Shown here piece after piece: positions 1-11,193 of a stretch of 64,000 nucleotides of DNA. A model generated the notes under the pieces. That model saw nothing but the letters and a program-made list of their open reading frames with translations. It was not told the DNA's origin and made no database searches. The translations under genes and the position numbers were made by a program. The number at the start of each line of letters is the position of its first letter. Within the stretch, counting starts at the first letter, position 1. The DNA is taken from positions 21,751-85,750 of IMG/VR virus record IMGVR_UViG_3300025767_001103. One strand, written 5' to 3'. Source of the stretch: a virus.

Positions 1-3000
1 GATATTGTTAAATTTAGAGAAAGTTTATGGCAGGCTTTGAGAACTATTAATCCAGAAACTGGATCGAAAACATTTTCAACATTTGATAACTATCAAAATT
101 TAATATCGACTGAAGACGTAGATTCAACAGATACTACATTGTTAGTATCAGGAGATCCAGGATTAGAAAACAATTTTGTTGATCACATATTAGTACGTGC
201 TCCACAAGATATGTACCTAGGTACAAAGGGAAGAGACTTTACTCAAACTAGAGAAAGCGGCGAGTTTGCTGGAGATACAGTTAACTTATATTGGCAAGAA
301 CGTAGTTATGCTAACCCTACTCTAGACACATACCAACCCTTTGACAATGCCTACCCGCAAATTAATCAAGCATGGCTAAGTAGCTCACATGAAATTATAT
401 ATAAAGTTGATTATATTCTACAAGTGCAAACATTTATTTCGCTTCCTGAAGTTGGAGATTTTGTAACTACTACAACAGGTAGAGCCGAAGTAGTTTATGC
501 TGCAAGATCCGGCGATAGTGCAGTAATTTACGTTAAAGATACAAACGGTACAATAGCAATTACTGGTGAATTGTTTATTGACGACAAAGATTTTGTTGGT
601 TTATATACTTTAGAAAATACATATTCAACAAGTAACGCAGTAGGCGGATATTGGTTAATTAAGACATACAATACTACACAGGCACCATTATCTACATGGA
701 CGGCAGAAGAATCTGATGCAAATGGATTTGTTTACGATAATAAGACTACATGGTATGATGTTGGCCGCGGTCTTGTTTATGCAGATGTTAGATTAGCTGA
801 AAGTTCACGTGATCTCAATGTGTATTATAATGTTCAAGATACTGTTGCTGATATTGGTACATATGTATTAAACAAAAATAATACAAGTTTTATAACACAA
901 CTTTCGTATAGAGGTGATCCCGGAGATATCGAAGCATTCCAGCCATCTAACAAATGGCTTGCACGAGTTGGTAAAGAATTTTCAGATACATTAATCGGAA
1001 ATGAAACATTTAATTTCCGAGTATATGATACTACAAGATTTGTTGATTATAGTAATGCTTTCCTTGCAAGTGAATTAATTAATAAGTCTCAAACTATTAT
1101 TGATATGTGGGATGGTTATATTGATTTTAAATTTACTCGATTTGATGCATCAGGAAATGTATTTGAACCTGCAATAGGAGATGTATTAGTAGATGTGCAA
1201 ACACCTAGTGACGGCTCAGGCGGCCTTGCAGCCAGTAGTTTGGATGCTACTAGTGCAGCAGAAGTTGTGTTTTATCAGCGTAATTTTAACAGTGTTAGAG
1301 TTTACGTAAAGTTATTAACTTCTTATAATGGTGTTACATATAGCGGAAAATTTGAAGAAGCTAATAACATTGGTAGATATGAAATCAAACGTCTTGCTAA
1401 CGAAAGCGAAAGAGGCACAGGTGATGTTGATAGAATTATTGGACAGGTTGACGATTCTGATAATCAAATAGCAGTAGGTACTTCAAAAGTAGGAAAATTA
1501 TTAGTATTTGAAAACTCAGTTGATTTTCAAAACACTAACTTAACTTGGGACAACACTCCTGCGTTAATTGATGAAGAGTATTATTTCTTTAACGAAACTA
1601 TCGAAAGTGGAATAAAAAAGGAATCAAATCCTCCATATAGTTTAAATAAAGATTATCGACAGTTATATAATCTTCCAACAGATCCAACTGGCACAGCTAG
1701 TGGTAATTTAGACGAAGGCGCTATAGTAATATATAGAAGACAGACCGACAACACTTATGTATTACAAAAAACTCTTGCAAGTATTAATAGTACAGCTGAT
1801 AGAAAGTTTGGATCTAAGATAAGAATAGTGCAATCTAACAAATACTTTACTTTATTAGTTGGTACTAGAGGTGTTGATGCAGCAAGTGAAACAATTAATA
1901 CAGGGCGCAGAGAACATCCAGGCGAAATTGAAATTTTCCGTAACGGAGTTATTGATGCAGAAAATGTTAGTGGCTTCCAACTAAGGGCATATACTACTGA
2001 CGAAGTTGTTATTTACAAAGACGAATACTACAAAGCTATACGACCAGTAGTGTCAGGAGTATTCCCAACTGATCCAGTTTACTGGAATAATATAAGTTGG
2101 AGATATGGTAAAGATATTAATTATCTCGGAACCTGGGACAATACATATAGTTACGCAGAAGATAACATTGTATTAAAAGATGGATTGTTGTATAAAGCAA
2201 AAACTAATATTGCTGAAGATGCAGAATTTACTGTTACTGATTGGACCTTACTTGATTCTAAAGTAGATTATTTAGGTTATATTCCAAACCTTACAGTCCA
2301 AAAATTATATGATGAAGCAGTATTTGATCCTGGTAATATTGCAGACTTTAGTCAAACATTTGATATAAGTGCTGACGGACAAGTTATAATTGTAAAAGCA
2401 AATCTTATATCCACAGATAGTACTACACAAAAACGAATAGTAGTTTATAGAGAAGCAGATGACAAATATCAAGTATCGCAGATAATTGAATCGCCGAACG
2501 ATACTACTTCGTGGGGAGAAAATATAAGCCTAACACCAAAAGGCGATAAATTTGCTATCAGTGCATCACTTAATGACCAGAATGGTATTGATAGTGGCAT
2601 AGTTTATGTTTATAAACAAGTAAACGGTATATTTGTATTAGATCAAACTATAACTTCACCACAGAATGAAATTGCAGAACAATTTGGTTATGCATTAGAC
2701 TTTGGCGACAATAATCTAGTAATTTCAAGTTTAAATGGCGATCAAAAAATTCCAACAACTTTTGACAGCCAAGAAACAACGTTTGATAATAATTTTACTG
2801 AATTTAGAAATATCAAACTCGACAAAGGTGTTGTATATGTTTACGAAAATAGAGAAGCTGGCGCACTTTATAGCGAGCAAATAATTTATCCTTCAGTTCA
2901 AGCAACATTTGGTGAAAATTTGTATACTTTTGGCAATCACATTTATGTTGGTATACCGCAACAATCATCCGGAGTATGGGATTCAGATGGCGGATCTAAC

Positions 3001-6000
3001 AATGTTGGAGCATTAGACGGATACAGAGGTCAAGTAGTTGACTTTAGAAAAAATGTTGATACAGCTGGGTGGAAAGAAATTGATGCACAAGTATTGCCAG
3101 TTGATGTTGATAAGATTTCTGGAGTAACACTTTATAACAGTAGAACAAATGAATTTATTACACGTTTAGACTATATTGATCCATTGCAAGGAAAAATTGC
3201 TGGTGCAGCAGAACAAGAAATTGACTATAAAGCAGGTTTTGATCCAGCAGTTTATAATACTGGATTAGTAAATGACTTCCTTGTAGATCCTGATAGATAT
3301 TGGGGTAAAGAACATGTAGGCGAAATATGGTGGGCCACTGATTCTGCTAGATTTACATATCCTTATAGAGGTTCAACTAATGATCAAAAACGTGATTGGA
3401 ATAAACTAATCCGTGGATCGAGTATTGATATTTTTGAATGGGTAGAAAGTGATTACATTCCTCAAGTATGGGATGATCTTGCCGATACAGATAACGGGTT
3501 ACGTCTAGGAATAAGCGGCCAAAGTGTTTATGGTAATACACGTTATTCAACACAGTTAACATATGACAACATTGGACAAACGTTCCGTGCAAAATATTAT
3601 TTCTGGGTTTTAGGCAAGCGCACCAAACCAACTGATTACAAACCTAAAAGAAAACTTAATACTATTGACATTGCTAATCTAATTGAAGATCCTAGATTAC
3701 AAGGTTATAAATTTGTTAGTTTTATTAGTAAGAATAAATTTATTCTAAATAATTGTAACGACTTAATCCAAGGCGATGATGTTGTAATACAAATTAGATA
3801 TAAACAAGATCTTGAAAATAATATTAATAGACACAATGAATATCAAATAGTAAGCGAAGGTTTAGAAACTAGTACAATACACCCTGATATTGAACGCAAG
3901 TGGTATGATAGTTTAATTGGGTTTGATACTAATCTTAGACCTGTTCCTGACACAGCTATTCCATCAAATAAAAGGTATGGAGTTCAAAACAGACCAAGAC
4001 AGGGAATGTTTAAAAATCGCTTTGAAGCACTAAAACAGACTATTGAGCGTGTGAATATTAGATTAGCAAGTGAGTTGTTAATTGATAGCTACGATTTATC
4101 AGATTTGCTATCAAAAGAAGCTCCGCCTACAAGTGTATCTAGTCAGTACGATGTTGCAATAGCATCGTACGACGAATTGCGTTTTGTAAGTACAAATAAA
4201 ATAGTGCAAGCTGATATTGATTTAATTATTAGTAATGGTAGAATTATTAGTGCTAATATTATTAATCCGGGCAGGGGATATAAAGTTGCACCATCATATC
4301 AGCTTGAGGGAGAAGGAAGCGGCGCAATAATTAACTTTACTATTAATAATTTAGGACAAATTACTAGTGTTAATATTGATAATGCCGGTTCAGGATATTT
4401 AGACTCAACAAGATTAATTATAAGACCGTTTAGTGTTTTAGTTAATGCAGACTCTAATGTTTTTGGCAAATGGGCAGTATATAGCTGGAACGGAACTAAA
4501 TGGTTTATTAGTAGCATTCAAGATTATGATGTAACAAATTATTGGGAATACCAAGACTGGTATGCAGATGAATTTAACCAATTTACTACTATCAATTACA
4601 CAATAAAGGGAACATATTTACTTCCTTCACTTGATGCAAATGTAGGTGATATTATTAAGGTCGATTCTACTGGTTCCGGAGGCTGGATATTACTTCAACG
4701 TACATCTACAATTGTAGGCGATGATTACACTCAAAGTCATAAAGTAGTTGGCAGACAAAACGGTACAATACAGTTTAAAGAAAGTTTATATAACTACAGC
4801 ACAAATGCAGTAGGGTTTGATAATAGATCTTTTGATAGTTATTTTTATGATAATAATCCAGTTAGAGAACTAAGAATCATATTACAAACTCTTAGAGATA
4901 AGCTACTGATAGGTACGCTAAAATCAGAATATAATAATTTATTCTTTGTTGGCGTAAGATATGCAATGGCCGAACAGCCTGGCATTGACTGGATCTTTAA
5001 AACTAGTTTTGTTAAGGCAAAATATAATGTAAGCGAATTAAGAAATGACGTAACATTTAACAGTGATAATTTACAAAGTTTTGAAGATTACTTAAAAGAA
5101 GTAAAACCGTATAAAACTAAGATCAGAGAATATATTAATGTTTATAATAAAGTTGAACCTACAAATACAAGTGTAACTGATTTCGATTTACCGCCGTATT
5201 ACAGCATAAGTGATGGTGGTATTATTCCTAATCAGGCAGTGTTTAGTTCAGGCACTATTATTAATAGTACTAACGAATTTGAAACATATCCTAAAAAACA
5301 TTATATTGACAATGTTGGATACGAATTAACTGAAATTAAAATTAAAGACGGCGGCAGCGGCTATACGTTTGAACCTAAGATTACTATTGTAGGAAATGCA
5401 ACTAGACCTGCAACAGCTAAAGCCTACCTTGGTTATGGTAAAATTACTTCAATAAAAATTACCGATCCTGGAAAAGGTTATCTTACAACGCCTGCGGTTG
5501 TTATTGAAGGGTCTCAAAATGAAAATGCTACTCCTGCAAAGCTAAGTGCTATATTAGGAAATAGTCCAATTCGAACTGCACACATGCGTGTTAAGTTTGA
5601 TAGAATAAACAAGTCAGTGTTTATTGAAGAACTACTAGAAACGCAGACATTTAGTGGCACCGGTGCAAAATCAGTATTTAATTTAGAATGGCCAATGGAT
5701 TTAGACCGTAAAAAAGTTAAAATTACGATAGACGGTGTTGAAATGCTCCGTAGTACATATACCTATAAGAATATTGAAAATAATGATAAAACTTACTCGC
5801 GCCAGCAAGGACAAATTACATTTGTAGAATCTCCTAAACTAAATGCAGTAATTTCTGTGGAGTATTATAAGCCAATAGATATGTTAATGGCAACTGACAG
5901 AATTCATCATTTTTATGAACCAGTAACTGGAATGTTAGGTAAAGATTTTGCACAGCTAATGAAAGGCATTGACTATGGCGGAGTTGAAGTTAAATCAATT

Positions 6001-8508
6001 GATTTCTCAGGTCCATCAGGATGGGATACTGTTGGCTGGTACACCGATACATGGGATACATTTGATACTACATATGAAGACGAAGTATTCACAGCAGATG
6101 GAAGTACAATCTTTGTTGAGCTAAGTAAGCCTTTAGAAAATAACGTTACATATAATGTTTATTTAGGAACATCAGGTAGTGTTAATTTAACAAGAATTGA
6201 TGATGTTAATTATGGTACAGATCAACAAGTTAATCAAGATGCTATTATAAGCAGTATTATTGGCGATGGTGTAACTACTGTTATTGATTTAGATGATTTG
6301 GGCATTGCATTTGGAGACGGTGATACACTAATTATAAGAAAAACTACTAGTGATGGTAGTATTGTTCCAGATCCTACTAGTTATGATACACAATTAAGTG
6401 GCGGCGATTTACCATATACAACTGCTAAAGGGGTAAATGCCGAAGATATTATAGTTGACGGCGACGGATTTGTAAATCCAATTACACATGCAGGTCCAGA
6501 AGAACTAATTCCTGGATTAGTTACTGATGCACTTGACATTAAAGTCTATACAAGAGACTCGTCAGGCAATGGAGTAATATACAGCCAAAGTTATACAACA
6601 GATGGGATAGCCACTAAGTTCTCATTAGGTACAACACCTTCGACTAAAGATGCAGTTTTAGTTAAAGTAGATGACATATTAGTCGAAGATACTACATACA
6701 ATATTAATTGGAACACAAACGAATTAACATTCAATGTAGCACCTGCAGCCAATCAAGAACTAAACATTATTAGTCAATCTATTGGCACACAAAGTTTATT
6801 AGATTACGGAAAATATACTACAGACGGATCTACAACTGAAGTTATAACAACTGTTGATTGGATTAATGGTGCTAGTGTAAGTGCTAGTGTTGACGGCGAA
6901 GTATTAGATACGGTAGTATTTAATAGTAACGAAGAAGGATACGACTTACCAAATGCAAAAGTTGGTATTAGATTCCCTGAAACATTGTTAGAAGGCAGAG
7001 TAGTACATTATGCAGTATTCAGTGATGATACAGTTGTAAATTATAGTAGAATTATTACTAATAATTTTACTGGCAACGGCATCCAAACAGCATTTGTATT
7101 AGAGGATGTACCATTTACAGCAATTCCGTTAGAACATAAAATTATGGTAAAGGTTGGAAATAAGATTCTTAACCCTGGATATAATATTAAATTTACTATT
7201 CCAGAAAATAATCAAAGAACGTATAAGTTCGAAACGTTCCAGCAGTCAATTGGTAGCTTAGATGTTGAAGAATTAAAAGTATACTTAAACGGTGTTGAAA
7301 TCCAATCACCTGTTGAATGGCGTTATGATGTTGCTAATGCAACAATCTTATTAACTGATGATACTGGTGCTCCGGGAGACACTGTTGAAATATTTGCTAT
7401 TGCAGATGGTGAATATGCGTTTGGATATTTAAACAGCGAAGGTGTATGGATAGATACTCCGGGAACATTGTATTTTGATACTGCACCTGCACTAAATGAA
7501 AAAATAGAAATATTACAATTTAGTAATCATGACATTCTTGGTATTGAACGAATTAATTATGATGTAGTTAATAGAAGTTCAACAGATGTACCAAGTGAAC
7601 TTAAAACATATAGATTGTTAAAATCTGGAACTATTACATTACGTAATCCAGCAGTTGATGCGCAGTATGTTTGGGTAAGTAAGAATGGAGAATTGTTAAC
7701 ACCGAGTGTAGATTATTATGTAACAGATGATAGACAGCAAATTAAACTAACTGTTCGTCCTAGTGATAATGATGTAATAGATGTGTTACATTTTACAGCG
7801 CCAGTTGGTATTCCTAAATTTGCATACAGACAATTTAAAGATATGCTTAATAGAACACACTTCAAGCGTCTTGATAAAGCAGAAGTTAGATTACGCCAAG
7901 CACTTAACTATTATGATTTGCGTATTGAAGTTGATAATGGAGCACTTCTTGCAGAACCTAACAAAGGCCAAAATATGCCTGGTATAGTATTCATCAACGG
8001 TGAACGTATAGAGTATTTTGTTAAAGAAGAAAATACACTGCGTCAGTTACGTCGAGGAACACTTGGAACCGGAGTTAAAGATATACATGAAATAGGGTCA
8101 AAAGTTTATGATCAAAATATAAGCAAAACTGTTCCGTATCAAGATATTACAGTAAGTAAGTCGTTTGTTGCAGACGGCGTTGCTGTTGACTTCGAACCCG
8201 GCTTTACAATAGACAATATTAATGAAGTTGAAGTGTTCGTTGCTGGTACAAGAATGCGCAAAGCAGCAATTCAAGTATTTGATCCTACTCTAGCACTTGA
8301 CAGTACCGACGGAGATGTAACTTCTGATGCAGAATTTACAGTTGATAATAATATAGTAACATTAGCAACTGCACCTGCTGATAATGTACAAGTAATGATA
8401 GTAAAGAAAACAGGAGCACTTTGGAGCAACCTTGGAACCCAGTTAGCACAGACAGAAAATTCAATTGCAAGATTCTTACGTGCAGGCACAAGTGAGTTAC
8501 CAGAATAA
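1..8508 (+). CDS. Giant virion structural protein (baseplate wedge/tail-associated), 5'-truncated by the window
   Basis: Frame is open from base 1 (DIVKFRESLWQAL...), so the TTG at 37 is not the true start; >2,800 aa. FG-GAP-like units (FGYALDF, GIVYVY), four G-x-GY units (INPGRGY, DNAGSGY, KDGGSGY, TDPGKGY) typical of myovirus baseplate proteins, repeated (F/Y)TxDG..F.L modules; directly upstream of tail-fibre genes. Confidence 0.75.
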   Translation, partial: DIVKFRESLWQALRTINPETGSKTFSTFDNYQNLISTEDVDSTDTTLLVSGDPGLENNFVDHILVRAPQDMYLGTKGRDFTQTRESGEFAGDTVNLYWQERSYANPTLDTYQPFDNAYPQINQAWLSSSHEIIYKVDYILQVQTFISLPEVGDFVTTTTGRAEVVYAARSGDSAVIYVKDTNGTIAITGELFIDDKDFVGLYTLENTYSTSNAVGGYWLIKTYNTTQAPLSTWTAEESDANGFVYDNKTTWYDVGRGLVYADVRLAESSRDLNVYYNVQDTVADIGTYVLNKNNTSFITQLSYRGDPGDIEAFQPSNKWLARVGKEFSDTLIGNETFNFRVYDTTRFVDYSNAFLASELINKSQTIIDMWDGYIDFKFTRFDASGNVFEPAIGDVLVDVQTPSDGSGGLAASSLDATSAAEVVFYQRNFNSVRVYVKLLTSYNGVTYSGKFEEANNIGRYEIKRLANESERGTGDVDRIIGQVDDSDNQIAVGTSKVGKLLVFENSVDFQNTNLTWDNTPALIDEEYYFFNETIESGIKKESNPPYSLNKDYRQLYNLPTDPTGTASGNLDEGAIVIYRRQTDNTYVLQKTLASINSTADRKFGSKIRIVQSNKYFTLLVGTRGVDAASETINTGRREHPGEIEIFRNGVIDAENVSGFQLRAYTTDEVVIYKDEYYKAIRPVVSGVFPTDPVYWNNISWRYGKDINYLGTWDNTYSYAEDNIVLKDGLLYKAKTNIAEDAEFTVTDWTLLDSKVDYLGYIPNLTVQKLYDEAVFDPGNIADFSQTFDISADGQVIIVKANLISTDSTTQKRIVVYREADDKYQVSQIIESPNDTTSWGENISLTPKGDKFAISASLNDQNGIDSGIVYVYKQVNGIFVLDQTITSPQNEIAEQFGYALDFGDNNLVISSLNGDQKIPTTFDSQETTFDNNFTEFRNIKLDKGVVYVYENREAGALYSEQIIYPSVQATFGENLYTFGNHIYVGIPQQSSGVWDSDGGSNNVGALDGYRGQVVDFRKNVDTAGWKEIDAQVLPVDVDKISGVTLYNSRTNEFITRLDYIDPLQGKIAGAAEQEIDYKAGFDPAVYNTGLVNDFLVDPDRYWGKEHVGEIWWATDSARFTYPYRGSTNDQKRDWNKLIRGSSIDIFEWVESDYIPQVWDDLADTDNGLRLGISGQSVYGNTRYSTQLTYDNIGQTFRAKYYFWVLGKRTKPTDYKPKRKLNTIDIANLIEDPRLQGYKFVSFISKNKFILNNCNDLIQGDDVVIQIRYKQDLENNINRHNEYQIVSEGLETSTIHPDIERKWYDSLIGFDTNLRPVPDTAIPSNKRYGVQNRPRQGMFKNRFEALKQTIERVNIRLASELLIDSYDLSDLLSKEAPPTSVSSQYDVAIASYDELRFVSTNKIVQADIDLIISNGRIISANIINPGRGYKVAPSYQLEGEGSGAIINFTINNLGQITSVNIDNAGSGYLDSTRLIIRPFSVLVNADSNVFGKWAVYSWNGTKWFISSIQDYDVTNYWEYQDWYADEFNQFTTINYTIKGTYLLPSLDANVGDIIKVDSTGSGGWILLQRTSTIVGDDYTQSHKVVGRQNGTIQFKESLYNYSTNAVGFDNRSFDSYFYDNNPVRELRIILQTLRDKLLIGTLKSEYNNLFFVGVRYAMAEQPGIDWIFKTSFVKAKYNVSELRNDVTFNSDNLQSFEDYLKEVKPYKTKIREYINVYNKVEPTNTSVTDFDLPPYYSISDGGIIPNQAVFSSGTIINSTNEFETYPKKHYIDNVGYELTEIKIKDGGSGYTFEPKITIVGNATRPATAKAYLGYGKITSIKITDPGKGYLTTPAVVIEGSQNENATPAKLSAILGNSPIRTAHMRVKFDRINKSVFIEELLETQTFSGTGAKSVFNLEWPMDLDRKKVKITIDGVEMLRSTYTYKNIENNDKTYSRQQGQITFVESPKLNAVISVEYYKPIDMLMATDRIHHFYEPVTGMLGKDFAQLMKGIDYGGVEVKSIDFSGPSGWDTVGWYTDTWDTFDTTYEDEVFTADGSTIFVELSKPLENNVTYNVYLGTSGSVNLTRIDDVNYGTDQQVNQDAIISSIIGDGVTTVIDLDDLGIAFGDGDTLIIRKTTSDGSIVPDPTSYDTQLSGGDLPYTTAKGVNAEDIIVDGDGFVNPITHAGPEELIPGLVTDALDIKVYTRDSSGNGVIYSQSYTTDGIATKFSLGTTPSTKDAVLVKVDDILVEDTTYNINWNTNELTFNVAPAANQELNIISQSIGTQSLLDYGKYTTDGSTTEVITTVDWINGASVSASVDGEVLDTVVFNSNEEGYDLPNAKVGIRFPETLLEGRVVHYAVFSDDTVVNYSRIITNNFTGNGIQTAFVLEDVPFTAIPLEHKIMVKVGNKILNPGYNIKFTIPENNQRTYKFETFQQSIGSLDVEELKVYLNGVEIQSPVEWRYDVANATILLTDDTGAPGDTVEIFAIADGEYAFGYLNSEGVWIDTPGTLYFDTAPALNEKIEILQFSNHDILGIERINYDVVNRSSTDVPSELKTYRLLKSGTITLRNPAVDAQYVWVSKNGELLTPSVDYYVTDDRQQIKLTVRPSDNDVIDVLHFTAPVGIPKFAYRQFKDMLNRTHFKRLDKAEVRLRQALNYYDLRIEVDNGALLAEPNKGQNMPGIVFINGERIEYFVKEENTLRQLRRGTLGTGVKDIHEIGSKVYDQNISKTVPYQDITVSKSFVADGVAVDFEPGFTIDNINEVEVFVAGTRMRKAAIQVFDPTLALDSTDGDVTSDAEFTVDNNIVTLATAPADNVQVMIVKKTGALWSNLGTQLAQTENSIARFLRAGTSELPE

Positions 8509-8511
8509 ATA
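8506..8511 (+). promoter_or_regulatory. Putative late promoter hexamer TAAATA
   Basis: ATAAATA overlapping the upstream stop, 16 nt before the ATG at 8528; resembles the T4 late consensus TATAAATA and recurs before other structural genes. Confidence 0.55.
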
Positions 8512-8527
8512 CAGTATAGGAAAAGTG

Positions 8528-9127
8528 ATGAGTAACATGCAAGATAACAATAATTTTTTAGTGCAAGGACATATTAAAATCTTTGACCCTGAAACTCAAG
8601 AAGTGCTAGTAAACAAGCGCAATGCAATACATTATGAAAATATGAGTATTGCAATGGCAGAAAGTTTAGGCAATGCGGGTCAGGGTTATATTACTAGTAT
8701 GAGCTTTGGCAACGGCGGCACAAGTGTTGACCCAACAGGTATTATTACATACCTAACACCAAACAGTACAGGTACAAATGCTAGTTTGTATAATCAAACT
8801 TATACAAAAATTGTTGATGACAGAAATGTTAACAACACAGACCCAGCACGTAATAAAATAGAAACACGGCATTTAAGCGGAACAAATTACACAGACATTG
8901 TTGTAAGTTGTTTATTAGATTATGGCGAGCCTAATGGTCAGCAAGCATTTGATACAGCAACCGATGCAAACAACGCATATGTGTTTGACGAGCTAGGATT
9001 ACGTAGTTATAGTGCAAGCGGAACAGGAAGATTGCTAACTCACGTTATTTTCCATCCTGTACAAAAGTCGCTTAATAGATTAATTCAAATTGACTACACT
9101 GTGCGTGTACAAAGTTTAACAGGTTAA
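8528..9127 (+). CDS. Probable virion structural (baseplate/tail) protein
   Basis: Start moved to ATG 8528 (AGGA upstream, no overlap with the previous gene). C-terminal FDELGL...LLTHVIFHPVQKS...IDYTVR pattern is typical of phage baseplate/tail-attachment proteins; position in the structural module. Confidence 0.6.
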   Translation: MSNMQDNNNFLVQGHIKIFDPETQEVLVNKRNAIHYENMSIAMAESLGNAGQGYITSMSFGNGGTSVDPTGIITYLTPNSTGTNASLYNQTYTKIVDDRNVNNTDPARNKIETRHLSGTNYTDIVVSCLLDYGEPNGQQAFDTATDANNAYVFDELGLRSYSASGTGRLLTHVIFHPVQKSLNRLIQIDYTVRVQSLTG

Positions 9128-9137
9128 GGAATACAAT

Positions 9138-11192
9138 ATGGCATACGAAATAAACTATACTGACTCTGTTAACAAAGGCACAATTGTTATCGAAGATGGT
9201 ACACTTAATCAAGAAACTAGTTTAAGGTTTCCGGGCAGGCAGCGTACCGATTATGGACAAGCAATTAGTGAAAACTTCCTACATTTATTAGAAAATTTTG
9301 CTAATTCGTCTGCACCTAACAGTCCAGTTGAAGGGCAGCTTTGGTATGATAATACAGACGGAGTTGATCAACTTAAAATATATGACGGAACTAATTGGGT
9401 AACGGCAGGCGGATTAAAAAAGGCTGCTACTGCTCCTGAAGTTGCAAATTCAAACCCAGGAGACTTATGGGCTAATACTGATACACAACAATTATATTTG
9501 TTTACTGGTTCAAATTGGATTTTAATCGGACCTGAATTTAGCGACGGATTGCTTACTGGTACATCAGCTGATAATATCTTAGGCGATGACGATAGAGCAT
9601 ATAATATATTAACAGTTAAAATTGAAGATTCTGTTGCTGCTATTTTTAGTGCGCAATCATTTATTCCTAAAACAACAATTCCGGGATTTAGAACAGGTAT
9701 TAATGCAGGTTTAAATTTAAGCACCGAGGCATTAGTTGGTACAGAAGTACTTAAATATTATGGAACTGCTGAAAAGGCCGAAAGCCTTATTGTTGCAGGA
9801 GAAACAATAGCTGCATCAAACTTTTTAAGAGGAAATGCAAGTTCAACAACAAACTTTGATCTTAAAGTTAAAAACAATGCAGGCATACAAGTAGGCTCCG
9901 GCGGACAATTAAGTGTGTTTATTAGTGGCGAAGCTGGTGTTATTCAACATAATACTTCTGGCGCAAATATTGATTTTCGTTTAAGAAACGGTGATCTAAT
10001 ACCTACAGTTATGCGATTAGATTCTGCAGGAAACGTTGGTATCAACACCGGAGCACCAGAAGAAAAATTAGAAGTTTCGGGCAATGTTAAAATTAATTCT
10101 GAATCTGGAGTACCTGACAGTGGTTACTTACAAATTGAAAGTACAGTCCAAGCATCAAATATAAGTACAGGTTCAATAAGAACCAAAGGCGGTATTGGTG
10201 TTGCAAGAGATGCATACATAGGTGGAAATCTTAATGTTCTTGGAGCAACAACAGTAGCAAATATTGCACCCGATGCAAATTCTTCTAGAAATATTGGTAC
10301 TGCAAATAATAAATTTGATCAAATGTATGCTAATACGTTTATTGGTAATGTTCAAGGTAATGTAAGTGGTACAGTTAGCGGCAGAGCAGGCAGTGCAGAT
10401 AAATTAGCAAGTGCAACAACATTTGCAGCATCAGGTGATGTAGAAAATGTAAGTTTTGAATTTGATGGACAAACAGGCGGCAGCACAAAAACATTTAATT
10501 TAAGAGTTGCCAACAGCTTTATCAGTAATAAAGAAGTTACATATAATGCAGGTAATGCTGACGAATTATTATTAAATGTAACTACCGGAACAACCGGCGT
10601 TTATAGAATTACAAAACGTAATTTCTTAAAAACTATTCCTTTAGTTCCGGCAGGAGCAATTATGCCATTTGGTGGTACAACTGCACCAGATGGCTGGTTA
10701 ATATGCGACGGCAGCGAAGTTAAGATTTCTGATTATACTGCATTGTATAACATAATTAAATATAATTTTAAAGATGCAAGTTTACTTTCGGATGAAGGAG
10801 TTAATACATTTGCACTTCCTGATATGCGCGGACGTTTTCCTTTGGGTCTTGACAACATGGGAGGCCCAAGTGCAAACAGAGTAACAGATATTGCAGCTGA
10901 TGCAATAGGTGGAAACGCAGGAACAGAAACAAAATCAATTGCACTTAATAATTTGCCAGAACACGAACACGATATGGAAGGTGATTCAGGTACACAGTAT
11001 TATGCAACAAGAGTTGGATCAGGCGCAGTACTAGATGAGGAAGCTGTTCCTTTAACTATTGAACCTGGTGCAGGCGGCACACAGGGTTTTGCGTCAAGTG
11101 GTGGCATCAAAACAACAGGCAGTCTTGGAGATGCATTAAACATTATGTCTCCTTACTTGTCATTAAATTATATTATCTATACTGGAGAGTGA
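9138..11192 (+). CDS. Tail fibre protein with phage tail-collar domain
   Basis: C-terminal collar signature PAGAIMPFGGTTAPDGWLICDG...FALPDMRGRF and end NIMSPYLSLNYII; NVGINTGAPEEKLEVSG fibre motif; SD AAGGA. Confidence 0.85.
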   Translation: MAYEINYTDSVNKGTIVIEDGTLNQETSLRFPGRQRTDYGQAISENFLHLLENFANSSAPNSPVEGQLWYDNTDGVDQLKIYDGTNWVTAGGLKKAATAPEVANSNPGDLWANTDTQQLYLFTGSNWILIGPEFSDGLLTGTSADNILGDDDRAYNILTVKIEDSVAAIFSAQSFIPKTTIPGFRTGINAGLNLSTEALVGTEVLKYYGTAEKAESLIVAGETIAASNFLRGNASSTTNFDLKVKNNAGIQVGSGGQLSVFISGEAGVIQHNTSGANIDFRLRNGDLIPTVMRLDSAGNVGINTGAPEEKLEVSGNVKINSESGVPDSGYLQIESTVQASNISTGSIRTKGGIGVARDAYIGGNLNVLGATTVANIAPDANSSRNIGTANNKFDQMYANTFIGNVQGNVSGTVSGRAGSADKLASATTFAASGDVENVSFEFDGQTGGSTKTFNLRVANSFISNKEVTYNAGNADELLLNVTTGTTGVYRITKRNFLKTIPLVPAGAIMPFGGTTAPDGWLICDGSEVKISDYTALYNIIKYNFKDASLLSDEGVNTFALPDMRGRFPLGLDNMGGPSANRVTDIAADAIGGNAGTETKSIALNNLPEHEHDMEGDSGTQYYATRVGSGAVLDEEAVPLTIEPGAGGTQGFASSGGIKTTGSLGDALNIMSPYLSLNYIIYTGE

Positions 11193-11193
11193 T

